DNA of 61,036 nucleotides, the filler included, from Sphacelaria rigidula (lineage: Eukaryota): assembly GCA_964200075.2 (NCBI GenBank). It is 7 parts of 7 records of this genome, joined end to end, with 100 filler letters (N's around TTAATTAATTAA, not from the genome) between each part and the next. Parts side by side here need not be neighbours in the genome. Positions count along the whole stretch, not along the records: positions 34,937 to 43,570 come from CAXNAA020010536.1; positions 43,671 to 52,303 come from CAXNAA020010537.1; 5 more parts are not named here. One strand, written 5' to 3'. The notes under the pieces are model-generated. The model was not told where the DNA came from and did not search any database. It saw nothing but the letters and a program-made list of their open reading frames with translations. Each line of letters starts with the position of its first letter. Position 1 is the stretch's first letter. The translations under genes and the position numbers were made by a program. This document shows positions 36,203 to 49,331 of this stretch, piece by piece.

Positions 36203-39200
36203 GTGGGAGCCGATATCGATGTGTCGTGGTGGTGTGTTGGCGTGTCAGCGACCCTGTATGGTGCATGTTGCTGGCCGATGATGTGGGTCGACGTGTAGTG
36301 TCGAGGTGGGTGCGGCGTCATGAAGTCGCTGTACGTCGGAATCGTCAAGACCGGGCGTATTTCCCATCTATTCTCGAGACAGCGCTAATGAATAGTGCAC
36401 AAGAGGTGGGATGTACTATTGTACTGTGTATCCGATCTCGCCCCTTGAACGCTGCCGCACAATTCGATCAAGCGCGTTCGCCACGAACCTTCACGCCCCT
36501 GCACCAACTTGGCCGCGCTCGTCTTCGCACACTCGGCTGTAGTCCTTTGTCCATGGTTATCAATATTCGAGGGCTTCTCGCATCCGCCTTGGCGGCGGTA
36601 TTACCGTCGTCGGCCACACTTCACAATTCCGTTAGTTGAGGCCTGTGTCGTCGTTATGCTCTCCCAACACGCACGACGCTATTCCGCAGCGGGGATGTGC
36701 ACCGCCAGTGAGTTCAGGTGACATGCCTCGTCCGTACCCCATGCGTGAAGGACGGCGTCGACATGAAGAAAATCGATCAAACGCAGACCGTTATTCTTCT
36801 GTGAAGCGGGTACTTATCGGAGACGATTAATCGTTGTTCTCCCAATCTTTTTTGTCGAAACGGCCTGTGATTGGTCGCGGCGGCACGACCCCGCGAAGAA
36901 TGTGCCCAAAAATAATGTTTGCCAACACGATTTGGTTTTCGCCCGAGAAATATAGATGTCCCGTTCACAGGGGTAGATGCATGGCTTGGCACACGACGCA
37001 ACACGATCAGAGGTGAGTCTGAGGAAGCCTTGGCCTCCGCGAACCATGAACACGCAGCCGAGCTGAAGGTTCTCATCGACCGACCACGTTGTCCGTAACC
37101 TCGCTCAAACATGTTCGAATTGAAAAAGGAACGATGGTACACGTTTAAACGCGCGCACACCACACGCACCCAAAGGGTCAGCAATGGCACATCTTCGGTT
37201 GCAATTTGACATGCATGCAGTCGCCTTTCCTCCAATGCAAAACGGATTTTTGTCAATTGAAATCTGCCGCATGTGGATAAGCAGGGGTTAGCGCTGGAGC
37301 TCATGCGTGTGAGTAGTGGGTGCCCGTGTGTGTTCGATTGGGGCTCGATGTGTAGATCTTGTGTTGCCTTGTTGCGTCTCTTCTGTGTGACTACACAGCT
37401 GTCGGACTGATGAGTAATTCCAACGGCCGCTTTGCTGAACCTGTGTGCAGATCTGAACGAAACATGTTCCTTGGTAAGACTCAAAGTGATTGTTGTTGAG
37501 ACAATTGTTAGAAAAAACATTGTAAGGAAAATCATCTATCGTCTGACGTTGTCACCACCGCAGAATATTGTTCATCTCCCATATCACTTCTAGCCCCTGC
37601 CTTTTTCGGGACGCGTCCGTGGTGTCCTCACAGCAACCCGTCTCTTCCCCGGTACACCTCTTTCGGTATCGTGGATTGGGTCAGCATTCCCGCACCGCGT
37701 CGATTCTCGTCATGAAAAGGTCTTATTACTACACACGTCCTTCAACGCATCTGTCGGGAACTGAATCCCGATGTTTCCTGCTTGATGGTGTCAGTTGTAC
37801 TATTGGACAACCGGGGCACGGTGCCAACATTGCGAAGTCCGATTGCCACTTTGCCTGATTTTTCCTGGGTCGCCGACTCATTACCCATGATATCCGTGTT
37901 ACCTGGCCAACCTACCGGATCACGAACAGACAACCCTGGGCGGTGGCCGCCTCGCTGCAGATCAGCAACTGGCACTCCTCTTTCTGTTACAGACATGTCG
38001 AAACGTGGTGTGCATATTGGAAGCTTCGATGAATACAGGTGTGATCGCCGAAGCCAAGTGTCTACGCTCGTGCGTCACTCGTGTGGGCTACCAGCTTGCC
38101 CAGACGAATGCATGGTCTGTTGAACTCGGCAAGCAGCTAATGCTGATCGTCCAGTCTCGTCTGTTTTTCGTTCGTAGTTTCCGGCCACACACGTGTTGCT
38201 GCCGTTCATTGTGCGCGACGCAGCAGAATTGTAAGTCGGCGAGCCTGTCTAGCTTCGTCGTGAAGTAGTGATGCAGGACTGTGACGCTATTAATACCACG
38301 AAATCGATTTACTAGGGAGAAACGGAATATCCATGCAGCAATGGCCGACGGCACCCATCGAGTAGCTGGATTGTCACAGTGGACACCATCGGTCTCCAAA
38401 TCCACCCTATATCGCACAGGCAGGCGGTTAATCCTGTAAGTTGTAGGACACAACTCATTAGTACAGTAGTTGTCAGCTGATGTGAGGGGTTTTCGCATTT
38501 TTCTTCGTGGTGGGCGATTTTCAAAAGTGTTTTCGCGTGCCACCGCTCATCCCAGTGAACGTTTGACCCCGAACTTTGAGGATCGGGAGATACTAGGTAT
38601 CCGCTTCATATTCCGAAGCAGAATGGTCTCTGCACTCAAGATTGAGCGACGCACGGGCTGACCGGTATTTGGGCGTCCTACGAATACCCAGCCCCAGGTT
38701 CTGACTCTGTGTATTTTTGCTCGGTTGAAGAAAATCCCGATCGCTCTCGTGATCAAATGCGCAGATTTTTTTTCTTGAATTTCTATCTTGTCATCGCGCT
38801 ACAGCCGAAAAAATTGTTTATTGTGCCAGTGACGGTCGGTAATACTCCCTGATGAACGAGATCCTTACTCCGTATCACGCCGACAAAAACCACCTGAGGA
38901 TTGTGTCCTGAGCACGGCCTCCTTATTTTCCCAATATGTTTTGACCCGAGGACTTTCGAGTGCCGAGGAAAAACAATACACGAGAAAATCCAGAAAAGTA
39001 CTCAACTACGAAAATTGCCCAACCGAGTTTCGCATAGCACAAAGGGGGGGGGTGATTCAATGCTGGACGCTCTCGTGAAATATTCATACACTCTTGTTTT
39101 ATTTCTAGCTCTTCGTTGGCCTAGAGCCGAAGAGAAATGTGTGTTGGACCGAAAATGATGAGGGAAAAAGAAACATCCACTGTCAATACAGGCCGTGAGA

Positions 39201-40423
39201 CGTCGAATATTGAGCACAATGGGGATTTTTTGTTTCGAGTTGTGAAGCAGAAGCCTAGTATCTCCCCATCCCCAAACTCCGGGATCTAACATTTACTAGG
39301 ATGAGCGGTGACACGCGAATAAAGTTGAGAATGTCGCCGACTATGAAAAAATCACAAAACTTGTCTATTTCGGCTGAAAACTACCACACGACCCAATCGT
39401 CGCGCAGAAAACGCCACGTGTCGACGCCCTCTGCTGGAGGTCGCTGAGGCACGTCGCGAATCGATTGGCATATCCGGTTGTGTTGCGAAACGTACCGTGG
39501 GTCAGTTTCGCTTTCAAGGTGATACATCAGCCTTATCCCTCGCCCACGGTCGTGTGCTGCTTGATTATTGCGCTGCACGGATCATCATTCACACCCAACA
39601 GCTGAACCGAAGGTTGACTGGCATGTCGGATTATTTCACAGATTCTCAGTGCGCTGGATTTCCTGTACCTCAAGCATTGACTGGTGCTTTCGGCCTTGAT
39701 GGATATCCTCAGTGATTCATCCCCGAGTGCAGCTGGGGGCAACATTGAGTACCCGATCCCAATCGATGCCTGGAACGGTATCCGGCATTTGTCGCAGGTG
39801 CCGCGGCAAACTAGACCAACTTTACGAGTGTTTTTCAGTATGCCGAAATGATTGAGAATCTTTCACGTTCGTCTACAGCTTGAGTTTATTATCATACAAC
39901 GACAAAATTCATACCACCTTTTCAAGGGTCGGACAAAAAAATATTCTTGTCTGGAAATTAATTGGTTTTAGTATGATTGAATCGTACGAATCAATCCCTA
40001 GGCTTTGTTTTCAGGGTTGCAACCCAGGTACCCGCAGCCCAGACACGTGGAATGGCGCAAAAGTTGCGTGGATACCCCTTGGNNNNNNNNNNCTTTTTTC
40101 TCCCTTTTGGGCAATGAGGCCGGAGAAATCGTGGATTTGGTGATTCTTAGTCGTGATGATTCGTCCTAACCGATCGACATGTTCATAAAAATACCCAGAT
40201 ACGTGAATTCCGATTTGAACAGGGATCCGTCAACGTGTTTACATTTGCTATGTTGCCCGCTCATAGACCCGCATGGATCGATCCCGTGGTACTGGTCAAT
40301 GCGTTTTATGTCGGTATCCATGCTCTACCAAATCAAAAGGGACCTTGTCAATTCGACGCGACGTCAAGCATGGTACATTGTACAATCCGCGCTGGATTGG
40401 CGGGGCGTTGTCAATCATGATGT

Positions 40424-40888
40424 AAGATCCACTTTTATGGCAACGAATCTCGATTTGTACAAATACGAGGATTTCAGCCCATCTGCAGGCGATTTTCTCC
40501 CGTGGATTGATTTTTCAGACTCCAGTCCATTGTGCAATATTTTTCGCCTAGCTCTGAGCAAACCAGACCAATTCTCCGATTCTCTGGACCTTGACTTTTG
40601 GTCCACCACCTGTCTGCCCAAATCGGGACACTCCCGCATCCCCCCCGACTAAAATTAAATAAGTCGGGGGAGATGCGGGAGTGTCCCGATTTCAGCAGAA
40701 CGGTGATGTATCGAAAGTCAACGCCCAGAAAATCGGCGAATCGATCTGGTTTGCTCACAGCTAGCCAAAAAACATTGCCCAACGGACTGGGGCCGAAAAA
40801 TCAATCCACGGGAGAAAATCGCCTGAAGACGGGCTGAAATCCTCATACTTGTACAAATCGATATTCGTATCCATAAAAGTGGGTCTAA
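40424..40888. mobile_element. Fold-back MITE-like element (long inverted repeat)
   Basis: ~225-bp imperfect arms around an ~10-nt AT loop at 40651-40660; a further arm copy at ~53098-53280. Confidence 0.75.
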
Positions 40889-41875
40889 ATCCTCATTTCC
40901 GTCACAACATCAAACCCACTTGAGAATCAGCGAGACTGCGATGATCCAGATGGTGAGCATGTGTATTCGTGATTCCACAAACTACTGTTGTCGCCCACCC
41001 TTAAAGCCCGTTTCGTCATACCGCTTCCCCGCCCCGCTGAAGCTCTGAAACTGCCAAGCATCGCTGCCATTACCGCTGGTGCTGGCTCAGCTGTTAATGC
41101 TGCCCCTTCATTGACGACACGCGGAGCAAGCCCTAGCTTGGAGCTAGGAGGCGGATCGCGACCCCTGCCACACTGGTTGCCGTGACCATCGCCGGAGTTG
41201 GCCGCGCCTTTACCGCACCCACTGCCCCCCGCTCCGCTCCCTGCCCTTGGTAGGCGGAGGTGAGAGGAGGCCCACCACGCCATCCACCGATAGTCTTCCA
41301 GCCTGCGCCATCGTGGCACGCGAATACGTGATCAATGCCACAGTCGAGCTCGATCTGTGGGCGACTGCTTCTCGCGTTCCTACTCGACGCGCAGGGCATA
41401 CGCACGGCGGCGTTTGCCGTGAGTTGGGCCTCCTGTCCCGTCGACTGACCGCCGACCTGATGCATCGATGATGTGTCGGTGTGTGAGCCGAGACCCAGGC
41501 AGTCACGCCCTGCTGTGCCCCACTGAGCCCTGGCCCACTCCAGGCACGGACGGTACGTCTCGCATCCGCCATGTCTCTCGCCACCCCGCTACACAACGGC
41601 CGCGCTCTTCTCCAGCTCCCAACACCTGTGTCTGGTGCTGGTCCCTAAACCTTGCATTGCCTCCGCCACCTGATGTGGGCCATTTGGTGACACTCGGTCT
41701 TGGTCCGGAAGGGGCAGATACCGATACGCTCCGGTCCTTTGCGTTTTGCTGGAGGCCCGATTAATATTGTGGAATATATTGTAGGGTGAGTTTCACAACA
41801 AAGCATTGGCCAACTCTTGTGCGTGTATACTGCTCGGCTGTTTCATATTTTTGTGTGCCTTCCGAACACGTGCAG

Positions 41876-42010
41876 GGAAAGTACAAGGAGGCTGTGGCAT
41901 TCTACGAGAAGGCCTTGGCAATTTACACAAGGGCGCTCGGGGAAAATCATGAACACATCGTCTCCACGAAGCGTGCCCTGGATGATATGAGAAGAACGCA
42001 GGTTCGGTGA
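41876..42010 (+). CDS. Divergent, probably terminal TPR exon of the same gene
   Basis: gtgcag|GKYKEAVAFYEKALAIYTRALGENHEHIVSTKRALDDMRRTQVR*. Confidence 0.8.
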   Translation, partial: GKYKEAVAFYEKALAIYTRALGENHEHIVSTKRALDDMRRTQVR

Positions 42011-43570
42011 TGAGGCGCACAAAAGAGCGGCGGGTCGTGATTCGTGGCTCAATATACACGATTGATGATTGCCTCGTGATCAAAAAGCAAGCATTCATGA
42101 CCAGTAACAGGATGCGTGAGCATGGATCAAAGATTCGAGCGGCCGCTGCGAACGACGGACGTTGTCAGCAAAGATCGGTTGTCGTTCTCGTCGTTGCAGA
42201 CTGGCTCATGTGTGCGGGGAACTTGAAAGCTCGGGAGTTTCAGCATGAGAAGACAGGAGATGATGTCACGGCATTGTGTGACAAAACTGCATCGAACAGA
42301 GGGCCTTATTGTCTCGAGCATGTTCGTTCTGAGTGCGTTGTCGTGTAAGATCAAGTTACATGCCTTCCAGAAGCATGATGTGTGGGTCGATGTAAAATGC
42401 AGATGTGGAGCCTCCAAAGGTCTGGGTGCGATAATGGGTACGCGCAGTCCAAACGCAAGCGTTGGAGCTGTTTGAACCCCTGACAATATGCTGGGATATA
42501 CTGTGATGAAAAGAGTGGCGTGTGGTGATGGATCGACAGTTCTTGTGCGTGAACCGCCATTCGGATGAAGGAGTAGGAGGCAGGATGGTGCCGGTGTTGT
42601 TTTTTGGTGAAGGTGTCTGATGTGGCGGAGCTTGACGGTATGTGTCGTACCTGCAGGATTTTGTCGATCATCATCTTGCATAGGATCTAAGCGGTGCGTT
42701 CTTTCATTACATGTGAGAGTCCTCGCGTTCAAACATGTGCCAGTCTTGTATCGTTTCCAGTTTGTCAGAAAATCCGAAGATCGTTCTCTAACATTTCGAA
42801 TAAACAGAATACGTTGAGTGAAGCCAAGACATCATGGGGATACTCTGCAACTGTTGAGAGTTACAATTAGCACGCCTTGAGGCCTCTTCACTGTCATCTA
42901 TGCCAAAGCCTTGTCGAATATGCTTAAATTGAGAGCAGTGACCTGTGCTCCGACTGAACACTCCACGGAAAAGCAAGTAGACTTCGAGCTGGATTTACTA
43001 CAAGGCTGAACACTGGTACATGAAAATGCCACTCCTGGACGTCATCACAAGTGCAACACCGGGAATCAAATCCACGTAACCGAATCACGAGGGCTCAACA
43101 AACCTTTGGTAGGAACGTGGCCAAACTCCCCGGTGTGAGAACTCGAAGTGGAGGTTTTGGCAGGAAGGCTGACGGGGTCGGATTATCACGGATTGAGAAG
43201 ACACTAATCTCGAAACTTTGTGTGGGAAAAACGCCCACATTCATTCTGGGTTGGGCACGTTTTGGGCCCGAAGGGCATTGCTGCGGCAGAGATCGAGCAT
43301 GCATGCCCACGTAACAGACAGTACTGCCTGCTCGTCGTCAAAAAATTGTGTCGACGGCAAAGACCTCGGCAGCAACCCATTTACGACCACCCTTTGGTCA
43401 AGGCTAGCGTTGCAAGTCTGCACGCTCCGTACTACATGAAAGCGTGGAAGGTGCATACTGTACTGCATCTCGGCTACGCCGAATGCTGGGTCAGGGTAAC
43501 GGGGGGTGTACTCATGATCATGCTTGCCATAGTCATCAGACCATTGACCTCGCATCCCTACAAAGCCGGG

Positions 43571-43670
43571 NNNNNNNNNNNNNNNNNNNNNNNNNNNNNN
43601 NNNNNNNNNNNNNNTTAATTAATTAANNNNNNNNNNNNNNNNNNNNNNNNNNNNNNNNNNNNNNNNNNNN
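43571..43670. other. Artificial contig linker
   Basis: N44-TTAATTAATTAA-N44. Confidence 0.98.
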
Positions 43671-45774
43671 TTTAACGGCATTTATAATCATCGCCTCCGT
43701 GCACTTTTTTGGCCGGTTCGGGGGGGGCTATCTCGGCAGCAGTCTGAAGCATACTGATTATCCTGCATTTGGATGGCATCCTCCGATCAGTTGCTTCGTT
43801 TTCTACTATTACCGCTTCCCGGCGAGGTGGGGGAGGGGGGACGCGGGGGACGGGGGTAGAATCATACATACGATGAGGTCAATGGCATAAATACCTTCGA
43901 CCTTGTTCTATAGTCCGCAAATGAAAACCTTTCGAGCTACAGCAAGAATAGACAAGACTGACTTTACTAATGGATACGCTGCATCGGCCCGCCATGCGAT
44001 GCTCATGTCTCAGTGTAGCTGCAGGCTTGTGTTCAAGGGCATGTCCTCATTGTGCATAAATTACATTTAGCCGTGACGTAGCCTGATGGCTGGCACACCG
44101 GTATACAAAGTGCTACGTGTGACTGATCGGTGATTCATTATGTGCAGTGTTCATATCAACACTTATCGACACCAGGGACCCTGAAAAAAGCACGAAAGGC
44201 CACCCAAAGCCGTGGCAGCCCGACATCGACGGAGCTACAGCCATTGCCTACAACGCTGCTTTAGTACAGCGGTGTTCAAGGGTACCTGCGCACGGAACGT
44301 CATATACCCATCACTGCAGCCGTGGTAACAGACAAAGAGACACGCACTGGTCGGCACAAAATAACAGGGGATGCTGTTGGCACGGTAACGGCAGTAACAG
44401 CCCGTCAATAAATCCAAAACGGAAACGACCGAGAGAGTGGCGCGCTTTGTCCTAGCTACACGCAGGAGTGAGCGGGAAGATAGGGGAGGCAAGACGGGGG
44501 GTACATGGGAATTGAACTGAAACCCCGTCCTATCAAATGTCGCCACTCGCCTTGGCTTGTAGCTCTATCTCTGCTTTCTAGTCCCGTTTCCTGCTCACAA
44601 TCTTCCACGTCTGTCTGCTCCTCATCCCTTCGTTGTAATATATGGTCAAGTACATACGCGAGCTGGTCCACAAAACCCATGGTTTACCAACTTCTTGCCG
44701 TCAGTGCCGACTGCCACATTCGGATCTTTGGGGGGGCTCACAGTCCCATGTGCTCGCACATCGTCCTCAGGATGCGTTTGACGGCACCAGTTTGAGCTTT
44801 GCTAATACATACACTTTGCCTAGGAGATCATATCCACCCCTCTTGTCCGAGAGGTCTCGGTATACCTTGGATTGGGGTTTGGGTTATATAGGGTCAGCGG
44901 TAGGTTTGACGAATACAAGATCTGTTCAAAACGAAAATTATCGACCAGTTCCCGTAAACGTACTTCGCACTACTATATAGATACATATATATTTTCCCTT
45001 CAAGTCCTATCCTCTTCTCCTACGGTTCTCGTTATTGTTTCGCGCATCTACCGTACTCGTGATGGCGTCTCCTTTCTGCAGCTTTGGTGGCGGTTCAGGG
45101 CTCCTGCTGAAATAGTGGTGCGGCTTTCCTAGATATTGCAGCTGAGTCGCAACCTGCTTTTTACGACCTTGCTTTTTCTGTGTAGCCGCTTTCTTTCCTA
45201 AAGCCCTGGCAAGGATCTGTTCCGTCTTTTTCTTCGGACTGTTCGACGAGTTCTCAAGCCTGACCATCTCGTCAGTTAAGTCGCTTCGTCCCGTTCTCCC
45301 CTCCTTCTTTCCCCCTCTTCTCGAGTGTCCCGTGGCGTAAGTCTTGGCTTCTGTTCATATACCTCGAGCACGTGTATCTTCTGACCGCGGCTGGAATCAC
45401 AGCGGATCCGTTGACATGAGTGCAACAGTCACCCCAACAATCAATCGGAACTCCCCTTCCCCGCCATCCCATACCATACGTACGTTTCTCCCCGACAGTT
45501 CGTGTAGCTACCGCTGTGGTGAAAAAAAAAAAACTCCAATTGCCCTCGCACAGATCGTGCAGCGATCTTTTTCGGCACACTTCTTTCGTTGCATGATTTC
45601 GCACCCTAAACCCTGAGAACTCGAGGGTAGTCCATCGGGATCACCGATATGCTTTTTTCAAGTGGAATTGATGCCGATTCAGCAGGTGACCTACCCTCGC
45701 GGTCAAACGGTTGAGGTTAACAAAGATACAGTAGTGACTCAGCCAACCGCTTCCACAGCACTAAAACGCCCCAC

Positions 45775-46248
45775 CTTGATGGGCGTGAGGTACTTGAGGG
45801 CCTTGGACAGGCCAGCGTTGGCGCCGTGAAGAATTTCCGGCTCGAAACGGATGCTATCGTCGTCGGTGTTGAAGGTGCGGCGCAAAACGAACACAAAAGG
45901 AAGATGGCACGCATGAATACGTCGTACCAGGCCAGGATGTCAGCAAAAACAACGGGTGCCTTGAGCGCCCCGCGGGACGGTGTCAGGTATCCACAGCCAC
46001 TCGTGTGTATCTCATGTGCCGTATCCGCCCCCGCGTGCCCCCCGACGCTAAGCCCGACAAATGAACACAAGCCCAGAAGAAAGAGGCAAAACAGAACAAA
46101 CAAACCGGGAGACAGAAAACGTATCATGCGTGTTCTATACAAGGACCCGACACCCACCTGCCATTTGCGCCTCCGCACTTGGGCCACTCGGAGACTGAGG
46201 AGTCGTAGGTACCCGAGTCATGCCAAGCCAGTCGAATAAGTATCGGTC
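45775..46248 (-). CDS. APX: Two exons (46158-46248, 45775-45853) of an ascorbate peroxidase / cytochrome c peroxidase (class I heme peroxidase)
   Basis: Spliced product [57 protein letters not shown] carries the distal RLAWH motif; canonical splice sites, phases match. Confidence 0.9.
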
Positions 46249-47139
46249 CTTTTTTGTGGGGGGTACGATTCGTGGGCCATGAGGTCCATACGCGTGCGGA
46301 GGGTAGGCAGTGCGCAACACACGGCGTAACGATACTGCTGTCAACACACAGACTGTACTGCGGAGAACACATGAAGCAAACAGTCCATGTGTCTGCGTTG
46401 CAGGGGTAAAACACACATGAGTCCCAGCGCTGTACTGCACAGCAACATGCTCAGGGCGTATAACAAAGAAAAACAGTGCTGTACTCTCCAGGATGACGCC
46501 ACACAGACAGGCGATGTCCCGTATTCTGACTTCCGCACAGGTCAACAACAACAAAACGCACACAAGCGACAAATACCCCGCAGGACAGGCGAGTTGACGC
46601 CACAGAAAAATGGAGCTCTACACTTCCAAACGTTCCAGCGAGTATATGTTTGACAGTGCAGTGAGGCGCGCTCCTTGCGACACAGTACGGTACAATATAG
46701 TAGCTACACGGTGGTCGGACAAGCTCTTGGTTGGTGCAAAATCATACAAGCACATGCGGTGTACTGTACTGTCTGGGCTGTTGTGTTGAGGTTGATACCG
46801 GCCGCCCAGTACCGGCTAGTACCCGGTGCGGTATCCGTTTTTCAAAGGCGTTTTCAGTGCCCGTTACGTCGTCGACGAATACCGATGGGTTACCCCCCCG
46901 TAACCATCCGATACTGCAGTACCAGGTGCTTTGGTTGTCGCTGGTGAATGAAAACGTACCGTTTCCGTGCCCTTCAGGTACAGCTTTCGTACCGTTTTCG
47001 TCTAGATTATGACCCATCAACCACTTTTGTATTTTTTTTTTCTCTCATTGACGATGATCATCATCATTGCCATCATCACGACCATCATCATAATCATTTG
47101 ATCAATACAAAAAAGAGGGTATACCTTCATGTTTTTGAT

Positions 47140-48303
47140 AAAAAAAAGAGTGAGACATCTTTCGGTTTGGGGCGCGGCCTTGCACGCGGGCTGACCACAC
47201 CGAAAACACGTTCCACCGCCTCAGCCCCACGCACAAGGTGTCTGGGCAGCACGCCGGACCATTTTTTAAAATATTTTCACGCGTGGTACTGAGCTCAACT
47301 ACAACTTGCACGACGCAGAAAAGGAGAGCCTGTGAGAGTACACTTTTGTGTATACAAACCGGAAGGGTACACCGCACTCTCCGCTGAAAAAGTATCTCTT
47401 TCCCTCTGTTGTTCCCGTGTGTACTCCTTGATGATCAAGTGCATACCCTCCTTTACTCTTCTTTGTGAAGTGGTGACCGTAACGCTGGCTCCGAAGAAGA
47501 TACGCCGAACAGTCACAACCATAGCCTTATCATTGTGAAATCACATCACGCCGGCAAGGCCTAAACTCAATGACCAACGAATTGTAGCCCCCTGCTGGTT
47601 GGTCCGCAGACCCGGAAGATCCTACGATGCACCTCCTGCGCGAACGCTTGTGCGCTCGAGATCACAAAGAACCAACAGCAAAATGAAGATCCCGCAACGG
47701 CCTGATGCTCCACATGATGGCGCCACATGATGCCGTTCAGGTGGGTGTATGTCGGCAAGATTATTCGCACTCGTCCGTGGGATCTTTGCGATCTCCGGCA
47801 CACAAGCGTTCGCGCCCTGGATGCATCGTCAGATCTTCCGCGTCTGCGGGCCAACCGGCCGGGTTCTACGATCTCTTGGTCGTTGGCTTCCCGCTTTTTT
47901 GACGTGGTGTGATTCCACAAATAAATGGCCATGATTGTGACTGTTCGGCGTATCTTCTGCGGAGCCGGCGGCACGGTCACCACTCCACAAAAAAGGGTCG
48001 AGAAGAGTATGTTTGATCATTCAAGGGTACACACGACAACAAAAAAGGGTGATATAATATTTCAGCAGAGAGTACGGTGTACCCTCCCGGCTTGCACCCA
48101 AAAAAGTGTTGTCTCACAGGCTTTCCTGTTCCGCGTCGTACAGGTTGTAGTCAAGCCTATTTACACGTGTGAAGAAACAGAAAAATGATTGGGCATGGTG
48201 CCGAGACATCTTGTGCGTGGGGCTGAGGCGGTGGAACGTGTTTTCGAGGTGTTCAGCCCGCATGCAACGCCGCGCCTCAACCGAAAAATGCGTCATCCTT
48301 TTT
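47140..48303. repeat. Long inverted repeat (~525-bp arms, ~115-bp loop)
   Basis: e.g. CGAAAACACGTTCCACCGCCTCAGCCCCACGCACAAG at ~47201 and its reverse complement at ~48210-48246; alignable along both arms. Confidence 0.85.
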
Positions 48304-48454
48304 CGTATGTTGCTCTGATTATTTTCACCATCGCTGTTGTTACCATCATCCTATCATCATTGCTAGATTTCTTTGCATAAGCACTATGATCATCACTTTG
48401 ATTATTATTCATCGATGTTGATGTTGATGTTATTTTCAGCATGATGATTCATTA

Positions 48455-49331
48455 CCGTGGGGGGCTCTCAGTAGTGCCGGTATGTGCCCATCACGGACAC
48501 CGGCACTACTCTGAAAAGTGCCAAAACAGGTGCAATTGAGGGCTTTGAAGACATCAGTAGTGCCGGTTCTGGCACTACTGACGGCCGTCCGTTCGTACAG
48601 TGCTACGCTTGCCCTTCATGGGACCAACGGAAGCACAAAGCGGACGAGGACCTTTGTTTCAAGGGGTTTCGATAGGATACGTCACGTGAGGTTTCGGGGT
48701 AGCAGAACTAAACCCGATGTTTTCTTGTTTTTCACATTCAACCTGATTGATCCTGCTCACAGGTTGATCATGTCGTTCCCGAAGAGCACAACAGCAGCAG
48801 TACGGCCACAAACGCGCCTTCACTCTCTGTTTCGCGCGTTTGCTTGTAGACTGCCCCGATCCAGCACCCTCGGATGAAACCTTTGTGCGCTTGCCCTTTT
48901 TTTGAAGGCACTTGCTGCAGATTCGGTGCATTTCGTTGTCGCAAAACATGCTGCCGCAAATACCGTGGAGCCTTCCGCCATATGTCCCCTGGCAACCGTG
49001 GCCATGACGGCCTTCTGGCGTCGTGGCCTGCACCAGGCACAGTTCACCTTCCGCACAAGGCATGTTGTGTCCCTACGTTGCAAGGTCTGCACCAGCGTGT
49101 ACCCTGCTGTACCACTACTGGTGCTTGGTTGGTGGGGGGTAAGGCGTGCGTGAGTGTGTCCGGAACCGGCACTGTTGAGGGTGCAAAATTGTTCAAATCG
49201 GCGCTACTGAGGGTCATCTGTCAGTAGTGCTGGGCAGCACAACTGCGAGCTCTGGCTGTGCCCGGAGATTTTACCGGCATTATATAGGTCGTTGGCACTA
49301 TTGAACAGGCACTACTGAGAGCCCCCCACTG
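48455..49331. mobile_element. Tc1/mariner-type non-autonomous element
   Basis: 24-bp TIR C(A/C)GTGGGGGGCTCTCAGTAGTGCC, TA on both flanks, subterminal CAGTAGTGCC repeats. Confidence 0.85.

Noticed and set aside
36777-37535. 252-aa minus-strand ORF inside the TPR gene intron
   Set aside because: No recognisable domain or composition bias; likely a chance ORF
34937-43570. Recombinase, NB-ARC domain or inverted TPR exons near the TPR cassettes
   Set aside because: None recognised on either strand in this contig, so a dedicated shuffling enzyme cannot be claimed
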